The position numbers and the translations under genes are program-made. A DNA stretch of 64,000 bases, taken from sequence record NC_049340.1; one strand, given 5' to 3'. Every line of letters starts with the position of its first letter. Position 1 is the stretch's first letter. Below the pieces are notes generated by a model that did no database searches, was not told the origin of the DNA, and worked only from the letters and a program-made list of their open reading frames with translations. Shown one piece after another: positions 63,359 through 64,000 of this stretch.

Positions 63359-63385
63359 TACATATAATAAATAAATTATACACTT

Positions 63386-63529
63386 ATGACAACAGGAAAA
63401 CAAGTTTATCACTCATCATTTGGTATGGGTCAAATAATTTCAGAAAACGGTAGTATAGCCAAAGTATCATTTGGTGGTAATGTTATCGAAGTTTCTAAAA
63501 ACGAATTAAGAGAATCAATCAATTCATAG
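63386..63529 (+). CDS. Small protein (47 aa), SH3/tudor-like
   Basis: VYHSSFGMGQII...VSF, translated by hand; late-type motif 63357-63364. Confidence 0.5.
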   Translation: MTTGKQVYHSSFGMGQIISENGSIAKVSFGGNVIEVSKNELRESINS

Positions 63530-63530
63530 T

Positions 63531-63752
63531 ATGAAGAAATTGTATGACCATATTTCAGAGAATTTAGTAACTGAAAAGAAACAATCTTTCGTAGAATGGG
63601 AAGATGAAGTAACCAATTTAGTTTCTAAAGGTTTAGGGGTATCTAGAGGTGATGCACAGGGAATTATCGAAGCAGAAAGTTCATTAATTGATGATGCTTG
63701 GGGTGATGGTCTATCACCAAAAGAAACAGCGAATAAAATTTTAAACAAATAA
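63531..63752 (+). CDS. Small probable head protein
   Basis: ORF track; IxE motifs. Confidence 0.55.
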   Translation: MKKLYDHISENLVTEKKQSFVEWEDEVTNLVSKGLGVSRGDAQGIIEAESSLIDDAWGDGLSPKETANKILNK

Positions 63753-63770
63753 TAATTAAAATCAATACAC

Positions 63771-63965
63771 ATGAAAAAAAGAACATTAGCAGAAGCAATC
63801 GTAGAGGGATTCCAAAATGAATCCGTAGAACAAGAGATTGTTGAGAATTTAGAAGATGTTAACGAAGCGAAAGCTAAGAACGAAGAAGAGGACAAAGAAG
63901 ATAAGTCCGACAAAGAGGACAAAGAGGATAAAGAGGACAAAGAGGATAAAGAAGACAAAGAATAG
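63771..63965 (+). CDS. Small acidic protein with (EDK)n tail, prohead-core gp67-like
   Basis: 9-nt tandem repeats gaggacaaa/gaggataaa. Confidence 0.55.
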   Translation: MKKRTLAEAIVEGFQNESVEQEIVENLEDVNEAKAKNEEEDKEDKSDKEDKEDKEDKEDKEDKE

Positions 63966-64000
63966 TCAATAAAACAATATCATCTTAAATAAAAAATTAA

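Noticed and set aside
3493-63958. Long antisense ORF-track entries such as 26742-27740(-), 45583-46290(-), 55123-56007(-), 50384-50881(-)
   Set aside because: They are shadows of sense genes with biased codon usage and show no recognisable motifs.
1-64000. Genome-wide stop-codon reassignment (TAG or TGA)
   Set aside because: Core genes are open in the standard code, TAG and TGA end several genes at sensible positions, no suppressor tRNA is seen, and only one in-frame TGA case was found.

Overview
AT-rich (about 28-30% GC, estimated by eye) 64-kb segment of a T4-superfamily jumbo myovirus, most likely infecting Bacteroidota/Flavobacteriaceae (TAnnTTTG promoters, Flavobacteria-type lysozyme-like gene, captured Flavobacteria-type R-M DNA). 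Core genes: DHFR, family-B DNA polymerase in three ORFs, sliding clamp, clamp loader, gp55-like late sigma, 5'-3' exonuclease/RNase H, ThyA, baseplate/tail/neck genes, amidase, gp2, portal, protease-scaffold and major capsid protein. About a dozen single-base frameshifts fall in homopolymer runs, so many apparent gene splits are probably sequencing errors. Best observations: (1) the polymerase is split at the fingers by the clamp gene and an endonuclease gene, and again at YADTD|S by a split intein with a free-standing Vsr-like endonuclease between its halves; (2) ThyA carries an ~209-aa in-frame HNH-type endonuclease with no intein or intron hallmarks; (3) an apparently permuted host R-M cassette whose methyltransferase is fused to a phage gene while the nuclease is lost; (4) two candidate structured RNAs, one with a tRNA-like T-arm; (5) two T4 T-like holin paralogs; (6) an Acb1-like 2H phosphoesterase; (7) a recurrent ATACAT late-promoter-like motif. 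All family assignments are from motif recognition by eye; no database searches were run.
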